From an uncultured Gammaproteobacteria bacterium (GTDB lineage: Bacteria; Pseudomonadota; Gammaproteobacteria; UBA9214), in assembly GCA_963773065.1 (NCBI GenBank), contig CAVYZN010000008.1:64001-128000 (forward strand): DNA of 64,000 nucleotides, written 5' to 3'. Shown piece by piece: positions 14,582 to 25,034 of the stretch. A program made the translations under genes and the position numbers. The notes beneath the pieces are model-generated. The model saw only the letters and a program-made list of their open reading frames with translations, did no database searches and had not been told where the DNA came from. Every line of letters begins with the position of its first letter. Position 1 is the first letter of the stretch.

Positions 14582-14612
14582 TTTCTCTGCGTCCTTTGCG
14601 TCTTTGCGGTGA
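14582..14612. repeat. Single arm of the CACCGCAAAGACGC repeat family between sucD and nadE
   Basis: tttctctgcgtcctttgcgtctttgcggtga is the exact 31-bp reverse complement of 12808-12838. Confidence 0.9.
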
Positions 14613-14620
14613 ACGACGAT

Positions 14621-15493
14621 TCAGCCGTTCAGAGCGGCTGCCATGCCCGCGCCGATCTCGGCCGGCGAACGCACCACCGTGACACCCGCGGCTTGCAGCG
14701 CGGCGATCTTCGCCTCGGCCGTCCCGCTGCCGCCGCTGATGATGGCCCCGGCATGCCCCATGCGTTTACCACGCGGGGCGGTCACCCCGGCGATATAGGC
14801 GGCCACCGGTTTGCTGACATGGCCGCTGATGTAATCAGCCGCGCGTTCCTCGTCATTGCCGCCGATCTCGCCGATCAGGACGATACCGCGGGTCCGGGGA
14901 TCGGCCTCGAACAACTCAAGGCACTCCACGAATCCCAGCCCGTGTATCGGGTCGCCCCCGATGCCGATGCAGGTGCTTTGCCCGAGTCCGTTGCGGGTGG
15001 TTTGAAACACGGCCTCGTAGGTCAGCGTCCCGGAACGCGAGACGATACCGATATCACCCGGCAGATGGATGTTCCCGGGCATGATGCCGATCTTGCAGGC
15101 GCCCGGCGTGATGATGCCCGGACAATTCGGCCCGATCAACCGGGATGCGGAATCCGACAACACGGCCTTGACGCGCAGCATATCGAGTACCGGAATTCCC
15201 TCGGTGATGCAGACGATGAGCCTGATACCGGCCGCCGCGGCCTCCAGGATCGCATCGGCCGCGAAGGCCGCCGGCACGTAGATCACGCTGGCATCCGCGC
15301 CGGTTTCGGCCACGGCATCGCGCACGGTATTGAAAATCGGCAAACCCAGGTGGGTCTGGCCGCCCTTGCCGGGGGTCACCCCGCCGACCAGCCGGGTGCC
15401 GTAGGCGAGCGCCTGCGTGGAGTGGAAGGTGCCCTGCGCCCCGGTAAAGCCCTGGCAGATCACCCGCGTATTTGCGTCAATCAGGATGCTCAT
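14621..15493 (-). CDS. sucD: Succinyl-CoA synthetase alpha subunit
   Basis: MSILID...[27 protein letters not shown] phospho-His motif. Confidence 0.97.
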   Translation of the reverse strand: MSILIDANTRVICQGFTGAQGTFHSTQALAYGTRLVGGVTPGKGGQTHLGLPIFNTVRDAVAETGADASVIYVPAAFAADAILEAAAAGIRLIVCITEGIPVLDMLRVKAVLSDSASRLIGPNCPGIITPGACKIGIMPGNIHLPGDIGIVSRSGTLTYEAVFQTTRNGLGQSTCIGIGGDPIHGLGFVECLELFEADPRTRGIVLIGEIGGNDEERAADYISGHVSKPVAAYIAGVTAPRGKRMGHAGAIISGGSGTAEAKIAALQAAGVTVVRSPAEIGAGMAAALNG

Positions 15494-15516
15494 CGGTCAG
15501 TGCCTGCAGGCACACA

Positions 15517-16684
15517 TCAGCGCGGCTGAGCCGCGGCCACCGCCTGCCGTGCCGCCTCGGTCAGGTCCCCGGCGGTTTGTACGGCGAGGCCGGATTGGCG
15601 TATCAGCGCCAGGCCTTCGGCGGCATTGGTGCCTTCCAGACGCACCACCACGGGCACGGTTACGGCGACCTCCTTGATTGCCTGCAGGATACCTTCGGCG
15701 ATGAGGTCGCAACGCACGATCCCGCCGAAGATATTGACCAGGATCGCGCGCACCCCGCCGTCACCCAGGATCAGCTTGAAGGCTTCCGCCACCCGCTCGG
15801 CGGTCGCGCCGCCGCCCACATCGAGAAAGTTGGCCGGCTCGCCCCCGTGGAGCTTGATCAGGTCCATGGTGGCCATGGCCAGCCCGGCGCCATTGACCAT
15901 GCAGGCGATGTTGCCATCCAGTGCGATGTAATTCAGCCCATGCGCCCTGGCGGCATGCTCGCGCGCATCCTCCTGAGTGGCATCCTGCAGATCGGCCAGG
16001 TCCTTGTGACGAAACAGGGCATTGTCATCCAGGTCCAGCTTCGCATCCAGCGCCAGCAGTTCGCCGGTTCCGGTGACGACCAGTGGATTGATTTCGAGCA
16101 GACTGGCATCGCATTCATTCACCAGCCGGCAGGCAGCGGCCAGCAGGCTGGTAAAGGCGCCGACCTGCCTGCCCCCAAGGCCCAGTCCGAACGCGAGATT
16201 GCGGCACTGATACATCTGCAGTCCTGCCGCCGGAATGACCGTCTCGGTCAGGATGGCGCCCGGATCCCGGGCGGCCACTTCCTCGATGTCCATGCCCCCG
16301 GACGCCGAGGCCATGACCACGATGCGTTCCCGGCCGCGATCGACCAGCATGCCGAGGTAGAACTCCCGCTCCAGGGCGACGGTTTCCTCGACCAGAACGG
16401 AATTGACCGGCAGCCCGGCCGGCCCGGTTTGCCGGGTTACGAGGCGGGAGCCCAGCATGGCATCGACCGCCGCTTCCAGTTCGGCCTTACCGGCTACATG
16501 CTTCACACCGCCGGCCTTGCCGCGTCCGCCGGCATGCACCTGCGCCTTGACGATCCAGGTATCGCCACCCACGATAGCGGCAACTCGCGGCGGCATCGGC
16601 CGATGAAGCCAGCACGGCGCCGGCCGGAACCGGTATGCCATACGTTGTAAACAACCGTTTTGCCTGGTATTCGTGCAGGTGCAT
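15517..16684 (-). CDS. sucC: Succinyl-CoA synthetase beta subunit, one indel near 16600
   Basis: MHLHEYQAKRL (ORF 16487-16684) then VKAQVHAGGRGKAGGVK, NGAGLAMATMD, NFLDVGGGA, NIFGGIVRCD. Confidence 0.96.
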
Positions 16685-16785
16685 GCTGGCAGTGTTTCAA
16701 ATAATGGGTAGTATTGTAAAGGAATCCGTGCAATGGTTGCGGCCATCCCGCCGGCGTCCGAAACACAAGGGGAGACTTATCACGG

Positions 16786-17016
16786 ATGCCCGGCCGAATA
16801 CTCCTTATCCTGATCGTCGTTGCCATTGCCATCCTGGTGGTGAGGCGTTTGATAAAATCTTCCTCCCGAGCCGTGACGCGAGGAATAAGGCCACCGGGAC
16901 AGCCCGGATGGTGCAATGTGCGCAGTGCGGGTTGTACCTGCCAGAACGGGAAGCCATCAGCCATGAAGGACGATACTATTGCTCGCAGGCACATCGCCAG
17001 GATCACACAATCCTGA
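16786..17016 (+). CDS. Small membrane-anchored zinc-finger-like protein (PP0621-like) upstream of pilS; internal frame changes
   Basis: N-terminal TM helix RILLILIVVAIAILVV in one frame, MVQCAQCGLYLPE..YYCSQAH in another; typical position before pilS. Confidence 0.75.
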   Translation: MPGRILLILIVVAIAILVVRRLIKSSSRAVTRGIRPPGQPGWCNVRSAGCTCQNGKPSAMKDDTIARRHIARITQS

Positions 17017-17076
17017 TTCGTCCGCAGGCGCCTAACGCACATCACAGCCCAACGGTATTTACAGTAAACTCACGCC

Positions 17077-18738
17077 ATGGATGCCATACTCGAGGACCGC
17101 ATCGAGGCACAGAAGGGTCGCGATGCCCTGACCTGGAAACCGTTACGGCTCCTGACCTTCTACCGGCTGATTCTCGCCGGCATGCTGATGGTGCTGTTTT
17201 TCGGGCTTGCGGATAATTCCGCGCTGGGGGAGGCAAATCCCGCACTTTATACCCTCACCTGCACCCTCTACCTCGGATTCAGCCTGGTCGCGGGATTCAT
17301 GGCGCGGCTGCGCCGGCCCGGCTATGAACTGCAAACGATCGTACAGATACTGATTGATATCCTTGCTATCACTCTCCTGATACACGCCAGCGGCGGACCG
17401 GCCAGTGGCCTGGGCATCCTGCTGATCATCACCGCGGCAACCGGCAGCCTGCTGATGCCGGGCCGCATGGCCTTCCTGTTCGCGGCCGTAGCCGCCATGG
17501 CGATCCTCTGCGAGCAAATCTACAGCACCCTGGTCATCCAACTGCCGCGGGAAGGCGGCTACACCCAGTCAGGACTGCTGGGCGCCGCCCTGTTTGCGAC
17601 CGCGAGCCTTGCGTATTTAATGGCGCGCCGGATCCATGCAAGCGAGGCATTGGCGCGTCGCCGTGGCGTTGATATCGCCAACCTGGCCAAACTCAACGCC
17701 CACATCGTGCAGCGCCTGCAGGCCGGCATCCTCGTCACCGATCACCGGCATACCATACGCCTGATCAACGATACGGCACGTAAACTTCTCGATATTCCCA
17801 AGGACGGCGAGGGACGGGCGCTAGCGGAATTATCGCCCGCGCTTTATGAAAAACTGATGCAGTGGCGTAGCTTCCCGGACAAGGAAGCCGGTTTGTTGAA
17901 ATCCGCTGCGAATGCAACCACCATCCTGCCACAGTTCACCTTGCTGGGTACCGCGGATGGCCTCGGCGCGCTTATTTTTCTCGAAGACACCGCCGCCTTG
18001 GCACGGCAGGCTCAGCAAATGAAACTGGCATCGCTGGGGCGCCTGACCGCCAGTATCGCCCATGAGATCAGGAACCCCCTCGGCGCCATCAGTCATGCCG
18101 CCCAGTTGTTGAACGAGTCGGATGCCCTGGACCATGAGGACCATCGCCTCATGGCGATCATCCGTGAGCATACCCGGCGCGTCAACACCGTGGTGGAGAA
18201 CGTGCTCCAGCTATCCCGACCGGGCGCCTCCATCCCACAGCGGATCGCACTGCTCCCATGGCTGGAGAAATTCAGGGATGAATTCATTCACAGCGGACAT
18301 TGCAGCGCCGACCAGATAGCCATCACGGTCAAGCCGAAGGATATCGAGGTATACATGGATCCAAGCCAGTTGCACCAGGTGGTGTGGAATCTGTGCCAGA
18401 ATGCCTTTCACCATGTAAAACTAGCCGATCTGCCTGTTAAATTGCAGCTTATGGGTGTCCAGACGGACATCCACCATGCGCCCCACCTTGATATCATCGA
18501 CAACGGAACCGGGATTGAACCGGATATGGCGGAACAGATATTCGAACCTTTTTTCACCACCAAGAGCGGCGGTACCGGGCTGGGCCTGTACATCTCCCGG
18601 GAAATCTGTGAAAGCAACCAGGCCCGCCTGAGCTACCAGCCGGCGCCTGATGGCGGCAGTTGTTTCCGCATCACCTTCCCCTATCATCAGGCTCTGCCTG
18701 TTCCCACCTTCGCACTGAAGAAACCGCTACGCTTATGA
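17077..18738 (+). CDS. pilS: Type IV pilus sensor histidine kinase
   Basis: About 6 TM helices, PAS-like region, KLASLGRLTASIAHEIRNPL H-box, FEPFFTT/GTGLGL ATPase box. Confidence 0.92.
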   Translation: MDAILEDRIEAQKGRDALTWKPLRLLTFYRLILAGMLMVLFFGLADNSALGEANPALYTLTCTLYLGFSLVAGFMARLRRPGYELQTIVQILIDILAITLLIHASGGPASGLGILLIITAATGSLLMPGRMAFLFAAVAAMAILCEQIYSTLVIQLPREGGYTQSGLLGAALFATASLAYLMARRIHASEALARRRGVDIANLAKLNAHIVQRLQAGILVTDHRHTIRLINDTARKLLDIPKDGEGRALAELSPALYEKLMQWRSFPDKEAGLLKSAANATTILPQFTLLGTADGLGALIFLEDTAALARQAQQMKLASLGRLTASIAHEIRNPLGAISHAAQLLNESDALDHEDHRLMAIIREHTRRVNTVVENVLQLSRPGASIPQRIALLPWLEKFRDEFIHSGHCSADQIAITVKPKDIEVYMDPSQLHQVVWNLCQNAFHHVKLADLPVKLQLMGVQTDIHHAPHLDIIDNGTGIEPDMAEQIFEPFFTTKSGGTGLGLYISREICESNQARLSYQPAPDGGSCFRITFPYHQALPVPTFALKKPLRL

Positions 18739-20090
18739 GCATCCACCTGGCGCTGGTCGTCGATGATGAACCCGATATCCGCGAACTGCTCGAACTAACC
18801 CTCGGGCGCATGAATATCGACACACGCAGCGCCGCCAACCTGCATCAGGCACGCGCCCTGCTGGAAACAGAGCACTTCGATGTCTGTCTGACCGATATGC
18901 GCCTTCCGGATGGCAACGGCATCGACCTGGTGCGCCATATCCAGCAACAGTCTCTGAATGTACCGGTCGCGGTCATCACCGCCTACGGCAACGTGGATTC
19001 GGCCGTCGAGGCGCTCAAGGCCGGCGCCTTTGATTTCATATCCAAACCGGTTGACCTGCAGGTGCTGCGCAACCTGATCGGGAGCGTATTGAAATTAACG
19101 GACGATTACACCGAACGCGACCGGCGCAGCCGTGAGACCCTGCTGGGTGATTCACAGGCCATGTGCGCCATCCGCTCCACGGTGGAGAAGCTTTCCCGCA
19201 GCCAGGCGCCGGTCTACATCAGTGGCGAGTCCGGCACCGGCAAGGAACTGGTAGCGAAGCAGATCCACACCAAGGGACCGCGCGGGGACTGCCCGTTCGT
19301 GCCCGTCAACTGCGGCGCCATTCCCACCGAACTCATGGAGAGCGAGTTCTTCGGCCATAAAAAAGGCAGCTTCACCGGAGCGTTCAGCGACAAGGATGGC
19401 TTGTTCCAGATCGCCGCCGGCGGGACCCTGTTTCTGGATGAAATCGCGGAGCTTCCGTTGCATATGCAGGTCAAGTTGTTGCGCGCCATCCAGGAGAAAG
19501 CGGTGCGCCCGGTCGGCGCCCAGCAGGAAATCCAGACCGATGTCCGCATCCTGTCGGCAACCCACAAAAATCTCGGTCAACTGGTCGAGAGCGGCCAGTT
19601 CCGGCAGGATCTCTATTACCGCCTGAACGTCATCCAGCTGCAGGTTCCGGCATTGCGGGAACGCCGCGAGGATATCCCGATGCTGGCGGAGCATTTCCTG
19701 AAACAACTGGCCAGTCGCAACGACCATGCGGCGTACCGGCTCGCCGCTGACGCCCTGCAGGCACTGTCAGATTATCATTTCCCGGGCAATGTCCGGGAAC
19801 TGGAGAATATTCTCGAACGGGCCACTACCCTGTGCGAGGGCAGTTTGATTTCGGCCACCGATCTGCAATTGCCCGATACGGCAAGGGCCGATGATGACTC
19901 CCTGTCTGAGGCAGTACCGGAACCGAGGCCGGGAGCCACGCCCCTGGATACCTATATGAATACCGTAGAGAAGGAAGCCCTGCTCAAGGCGCTGGAACAA
20001 ACACGCTATAACAAAACCGCCGCCGCCAAATTGCTCGGCATCACCTTTCGGGCTCTGCGCTACCGCCTCAAGAAACTCGGTCTGGAATAA
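18735..20090 (+). CDS. pilR: Sigma-54-dependent response regulator
   Basis: Receiver VVDDEPD, GESGTGKE, GSFTGA (PilR-type GAFTGA variant), C-terminal HTH ITFRALRYRLKKLG. Confidence 0.94.
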   Translation: MSIHLALVVDDEPDIRELLELTLGRMNIDTRSAANLHQARALLETEHFDVCLTDMRLPDGNGIDLVRHIQQQSLNVPVAVITAYGNVDSAVEALKAGAFDFISKPVDLQVLRNLIGSVLKLTDDYTERDRRSRETLLGDSQAMCAIRSTVEKLSRSQAPVYISGESGTGKELVAKQIHTKGPRGDCPFVPVNCGAIPTELMESEFFGHKKGSFTGAFSDKDGLFQIAAGGTLFLDEIAELPLHMQVKLLRAIQEKAVRPVGAQQEIQTDVRILSATHKNLGQLVESGQFRQDLYYRLNVIQLQVPALRERREDIPMLAEHFLKQLASRNDHAAYRLAADALQALSDYHFPGNVRELENILERATTLCEGSLISATDLQLPDTARADDDSLSEAVPEPRPGATPLDTYMNTVEKEALLKALEQTRYNKTAAAKLLGITFRALRYRLKKLGLE

Positions 20091-20140
20091 CTACACCGAC
20101 CACCAACGGCGGAACCTGTCCCCGGCGCGAAGTGCTTGCA

Positions 20141-20159
20141 AGTGACGTAATACGTCACT
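20141..20159. promoter_or_regulatory. Perfect palindrome, candidate PilR enhancer site upstream of pilA
   Basis: agtgacgta-a-tacgtcact, ~185 bp upstream of the sigma-54-like motif; function inferred from position only. Confidence 0.5.
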
Positions 20160-20343
20160 ATCTGACCAATTTTGCGTACCTCATCACAGTTTCGTTGGCA
20201 ACGGATAGGAGATCTCAGGTGTCTTGCCGATGACCAGCTTAACCACGATCATCCCCCAATCAATCTGTAATTCATTGTTTTTATTGTTTACTACAATCGA
20301 CTCCTTCAGACACCGACGAGAATCTGGAATACAAAAAAGTAAC

Positions 20344-20359
20344 TGGCATGGATCCTGTA
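20344..20359 (+). promoter_or_regulatory. Candidate sigma-54 (-24/-12) promoter of pilA
   Basis: TGGCATGGATCCTGTA versus consensus TGGCAC-N5-TTGCW; the -12 has GT instead of GC. Confidence 0.55.
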
Positions 20360-20481
20360 TCTGAATTAACAGCCAAAGAATTCGGGCATCCGCCCGATAG
20401 CAAGGGCTACACAGGGAAGCTCCGTATCGGGCTAACAGACAGGATGTCTATCGAGATCAACAAACCACAGAGGGCATCACC

Positions 20482-20943
20482 ATGAAACAGCAACACGGCT
20501 TTACACTGATCGAACTGATGATCGTGGTCGCAATTATCGGCATTCTGGCCGCCATCGCGATCCCGGCCTATCAGGACTACACCGTCCGCACCAAGGTCTC
20601 CGAGGGTCTGAACATGGCCGGCGCCGCCAAGCTGGCCGTCGCCGAGACCTTTGACAGTAAGGGTTATATGCCAACGGGTGGCAACGCGAGCTTCGGGTTG
20701 CCGGGTGCTGCGAGTATCGCATCGCAGTATGTCGCCCAGTCGACGTGGGAACCAGCTGGCGGGTTCATCACGATCACGTATGCGGCAACTGGCTTGGGCG
20801 GCAACCCGCCGGCCGATGGCTCAACCCTCGTGCTGTGTGCCGATCACTGCCAACTCAGGGGCGTTGGATTGGGAGTGCAACGACAGCCGCACGTTGCTGG
20901 TACTTTGCTTACCAAGTACCGGCCGTCGGAATGCCGTCCGTAA
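20482..20943 (+). CDS. pilA: Type IVa major pilin; two compensating indels near the C-terminus
   Basis: MKQQHG|[27 protein letters not shown] prepilin motif; alternative frame gives [17 protein letters not shown] before returning to KYRPSECRP (D-region Cys pair). Confidence 0.97.
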   Translation: MKQQHGFTLIELMIVVAIIGILAAIAIPAYQDYTVRTKVSEGLNMAGAAKLAVAETFDSKGYMPTGGNASFGLPGAASIASQYVAQSTWEPAGGFITITYAATGLGGNPPADGSTLVLCADHCQLRGVGLGVQRQPHVAGTLLTKYRPSECRP

Positions 20944-20964
20944 TACCGCTGAGCTGAGCAGCAC

Positions 20965-20992
20965 AAAAACGCCCCGGCAACGGGGCGTTTTT
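20965..20992 (+). terminator. Rho-independent terminator after pilA
   Basis: aaaaacgccccg-gcaa-cggggcgttttt. Confidence 0.9.
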
Positions 20993-21119
20993 ATTAATGG
21001 CATCATGTTTCCCGCGACGTCTGCCCACCGGGTGAAAATAAAATCATGGAATCCCTGCGGTCAATCCAGTGAACAAATCAGTGCAAGTCTGTCGCTCCAT
21101 CGGGATATAGTTAGTACTC

Positions 21120-23083
21120 ATGAGCAAATCTCACACCCCTACCGCTGCTACCTTGTTATTCGTGCTGATCGGTGTGCTCACAGCCGCCATCTACCTTCCG
21201 GGCCTCGCGGGCGACTACGTTTTTGATGACCTGCCGAACCTGCTGCACAACAAACGCCTGCAGATCGATTCCCTCCACATGGAATCGCTTCAGGGCGCCG
21301 CGTTCTCATCCGGCGCCGGTATACTGCGCCGGCCGGTCAGCATGGTGAGCTTTGCGCTGAACCGCTACTTCTTCGGAGTCGCCCCCTACTCCTACAAGGT
21401 GGTCAACCTGGTCATCCATTTGCTGACCGGACTCGGCCTGTTCCTGTTCAGCCGGCTGCTGGTACGCACTTACCGGCTATATCACAAGCCGGATTTGCCC
21501 GAGGCGGCCGTGGCCTGGCTGCCGGTCGTGGTCAGCGGACTGTGGCTGGTACACCCCCTGAACCTGACCTCGGTACTCTACATCGTGCAGCGCATGACCA
21601 GCCTGGCAACGCTGTTCATGGTGTGCGGGCTGTGCCTGTATGTTGCCGGCAGACACCGGATGCTTGACAACCAGCGCGGCCTGCCCTTGATCCTGACCGG
21701 TCTGCTGGTCTTTGGCGGGCTGGCGACTCTTCAGCAAGGAGAGCGGGGTCCTGCTGCCGCTGTATATGCTGGTCGTGGAAATGACACTGTTCCGCTTCAA
21801 GAGCAGCAAGGGACAATCCGACAAAACGGTGATTGCCTTCTTCCTTGCGACCGTGGCGGTCACCGGCCTGCCTGTTTCTGCTGTATCTGGCGATGCATCC
21901 CGCCGCGATTCTTGGCGGTTACAACGGCCGGGACTTTACCTTGACAGAACGGCTGCTCACCGAGTCGCGGGTGCTGGTGTTTTATCTGAAAATGATCATC
22001 ATGCCCTCGATCACCGAACTGGGTCTGTATCATGATGACATTGCCATCTCGCATGGCCTGCTGGATCCGCCCGCCACACTCTACTCGCTGGCCACACTCG
22101 CGGGACTGCTGCTCGGGGCCTTGCTGTTGTTGAAGAAACGCCCGCTGGTCAGTCTCGGCATCCTCTGGTTTTTCGCCGGGCATGTGCTGGAGTCCACCAT
22201 ATTCCCGCTGGAGATCGCCCATGAACACCGGAATTACCTGGCCGATTACGGCATCCTTCTCGCCGCAACCATGTGCGGTTGCACAAGCGCCAATGCGCCG
22301 ATTGGCTCCGGTAATCCAGGACTGCGGTACCGCTGGTGTTCTTTTTTCTGTTTTCCTCCACGACATGGCTGCGGGCCAATCAATGGTCCGACAATATCAG
22401 CCATGCCATCTACGAGGCGAGACACCACCCGGAGTCCTTCCGCGCGGTCTTCGCGGCCGGCCGTATTCATGGCCGTCTGGCGATTCAAGGCCAGCCCGGC
22501 AGCGAGGAAAAAGCCTATGCCTACCTTGACCGGGCCGGCGAACTGGACAAGATCGGCATCATGTCCGAAGTGACCAAGATCAAACTCAGCTATATCCTGG
22601 GGAATCCTGTAAAAGACTGCGTGGTTTGAGGATATACTTTACAAGCTTGCCCATTACCCGGTAACGGCTTCCGACATAATAAGCCTGCAGGAACTGGCAA
22701 GCTGTATCGGGGACAAGTGCGATGTCCCTCCCGAGACGATGGAGTCGATATTCGCCCTGGCTCTCAAGCATGAAAATGCACTACTGCTCACCATATACGG
22801 ATATTACACGATCAATAAACGCGGAAATTTCCCCAAGGGATTGGAGCTGTTTAACCGTGCCGTCGAACTCAGCCCGCGGGAACCCCAGCTCTGGATCAAC
22901 CTCATCAAGCTGCTGATAGTCATGCAAAGACCCGATGAAGCGGAGGAAAAGCTGATGCTGTTCATGGCAGCCGACACCCATGGCGGCAACGCGGCGGATT
23001 ATCGCAGTTTACAGGAATCCATTGATGCGCTACGCAAGGCGCAATCCTCTTCCGCGCAGATCAGTACTTCAGGCGACGGTTAA
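21120..23083 (+). CDS. Polytopic GT-C-fold protein glycosyltransferase with C-terminal TPR-like domain (TMTC/PMT-like); split by several indels
   Basis: YVFDDLPNL acidic motif after TM1, RPVSMVSFALN, VNLVIHLL, VHPLNLTSVLYIVQRMTSLATLF, SKESG, PLEIAHEHRNYL, RANQW, TPR-like FNRAVELSPREPQLWINL across ORFs 21120-21944, 21712-22035, 21833-22573, 22336-22629, 22739-23083. Confidence 0.8.
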
Positions 23084-23086
23084 ATT

Positions 23087-23975
23087 ATGGCGCGTGATAT
23101 CAGCATCATCCTGCCGGCAAAGAACGAGGCCGACAGCCTGAGAAATCCTGTTACCCAAACTGCGCCAGCATTACCCAGAGGAAGAAATCATCGTTGTGAA
23201 TGATGGCTCAATTGATAATACCGCTGAAATCTGCAACCAGAATCACGTCAGGGTCGTGTCGCATGTCTATTCCATGGGCAACGGCGCAGCCATCAAGACG
23301 GGGGCGCGAAACGCCTCGGGCGATATCCTGGTTTTCATGGACGCCGATGGCCAGCATGACCCCGCGGATATCAATCGCCTGATAGAGAAACTGGATGCCG
23401 GTTTTGATATGGCGGTCGGAGCGCGCCAGACAGATACCCATGCCTCCCTGGCCCGCAGGATGGGCAATTCTATATACAACAGGCTGGCATCCTGGATGAC
23501 CAGTTATCCGATAGAGGATCTGACATCGGGGTTTCGTGCGGCAAGAGCGAGACACTTCAAGCGGTTTCTTTATCTACTGCCCAATAAATTCTCCTACCCG
23601 ACGACAATCACGATGGCCTTCTTCCGGGCAGGCTTGCCTGTTGCCTATGTTCCGATCCAGGCCATAAACAGGCAGGGAAATAGCAAAAGCCATATCCGGT
23701 TATTTCATGACGGATTGAGGTTCTTTATTATCATCCTGAAAATCGGCGCCCTTTTTTCTCCAATGCGCTTCTTCCTGCCGATCAGTGCCCTGCTATTCCT
23801 GGCCGGCATAAGCTATTACGGCTATACCTATATCAACTGGGGCCGACTCACTAACATGAGCACAATACTTATCCTGTCGTCATTATTTACATTCCTGATC
23901 GGAATCGTTTCCGAACAAATCTCCGCACTGCATTACAAGGATATTGAGGAAACCATGCGACACACAGAAAGATAA
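23087..23975 (+). CDS. GT2 polyprenyl-phosphate glycosyltransferase (DPM1/GtrB-like) with two C-terminal TM helices; one indel
   Basis: MARDISIILPAKNEA at 23087, VNDGSID, GNGAAIKTG, FMDADGQHDP, DLTSGFRA. Confidence 0.85.
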
Positions 23976-24044
23976 ATTGCTGTTTCTCACATTGAGGATT
24001 ATGTAAAACTCCGCCGACTGTGACGATATCCGATTACCGTAATC

Positions 24045-24952
24045 ATGCACGTCAAGACCAAACTGTCGGTTGTCATTCCCGCTTTCAGCGGACTAGATCA
24101 ACTTAAACAGTGCCTGCAGGCACTGGAACATGGCGACTACCATAATTTCGACACCTTCGTGGTCGACCATGGCACGACAAATGCACTCACTACCTTGCTT
24201 AGTATGCAATATCCCAAGGTATACTTTTTGCGTGGGACTCCTGAACTGTGGTGGACTGGAGCGACAAACCTAGGAATAAGGCGTGCATTAGCTAATGGCA
24301 GTGATGCAATCATGCTGCTTAATCATGACTGCTATGTCCAGGCAGATACGATCGTCAAATTACTGCGCCATGCAGAGGACAACCCGGGCTGCGTTATAGC
24401 CCCCGAACAATTTGAAATCCGCACAAAACGGGTAATCATCGGCGCCACAAGCATTTTGACCTTTGGGCTTTCCGACAATCATTCCACCGGCATGGTGGTA
24501 CAGATGCATTTACGGTTCTGACCTAATACCAACACGCTTAATAGCTGGCGGACGCGGTGTGGTTATTCCTGCCGGTATATTTCACGAGGTTGGATATTTC
24601 GACGAAAAAAGACTACCGCACTATTATGCAGATCATGACTTCTATTACCGCTGCGTGAAAGCCGGTGTCAGACTTTTCGTCTGCACCGACGCCAAGGTAT
24701 GCATATAATGACGAGATGACTTCATACGCAAACAGGACTGAGAATTTATCCTATGCCGGATTCAGAAAATCATTGGCAAGCAGAAACTCTCACCGCAATC
24801 TGCGAGACTTACATGCTCTTTTTTCAAAACACTGTGCACTACGGTCATTCGCGGCTATCGGGGTGGCACTTAATCTGGCACGATATTCCATAGTTTATTT
24901 ATTCAAATATTTCAGCCGAAAAATATCACTTGCCAGCTCACTACACCGGTAA
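24045..24952 (+). CDS. GT2 glycosyltransferase, split by two indels
   Basis: SVVIPAF, VVDHG, LWWTGATNLG, LLNHDC, GYFDEKRLPHYYADHDF across three ORFs. Confidence 0.85.
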
Positions 24953-25034
24953 TTCGTTGATTCTACCGGCTCCTTCAAACTCAATCGTAGAATCAATGGT
25001 TAGAATGAGCGCTTCCATCTAATTTGCATAGCCG

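Noticed and set aside
9332-20090. Adjacency of nadE-sucCD to pilSR and bamD-rluD-pgeF-clpB as a new functional system
   Set aside because: Similar gene order is common in gammaproteobacteria; nothing in the sequence indicates functional coupling.
20370-20481. c-di-GMP riboswitch in the pilA leader
   Set aside because: Hairpins are present, but I could not find the GEMM-I (GGCAAA...GACGCAAA) or GEMM-II consensus; an Rfam cmscan would settle it.
21120-23083. TfpO/PilO- or PglL-type oligosaccharyltransferase
   Set aside because: Motifs fit a TMTC/PMT-like GT-C rather than a Wzy_C ligase, and the pilin lacks the C-terminal Ser that TfpO requires.
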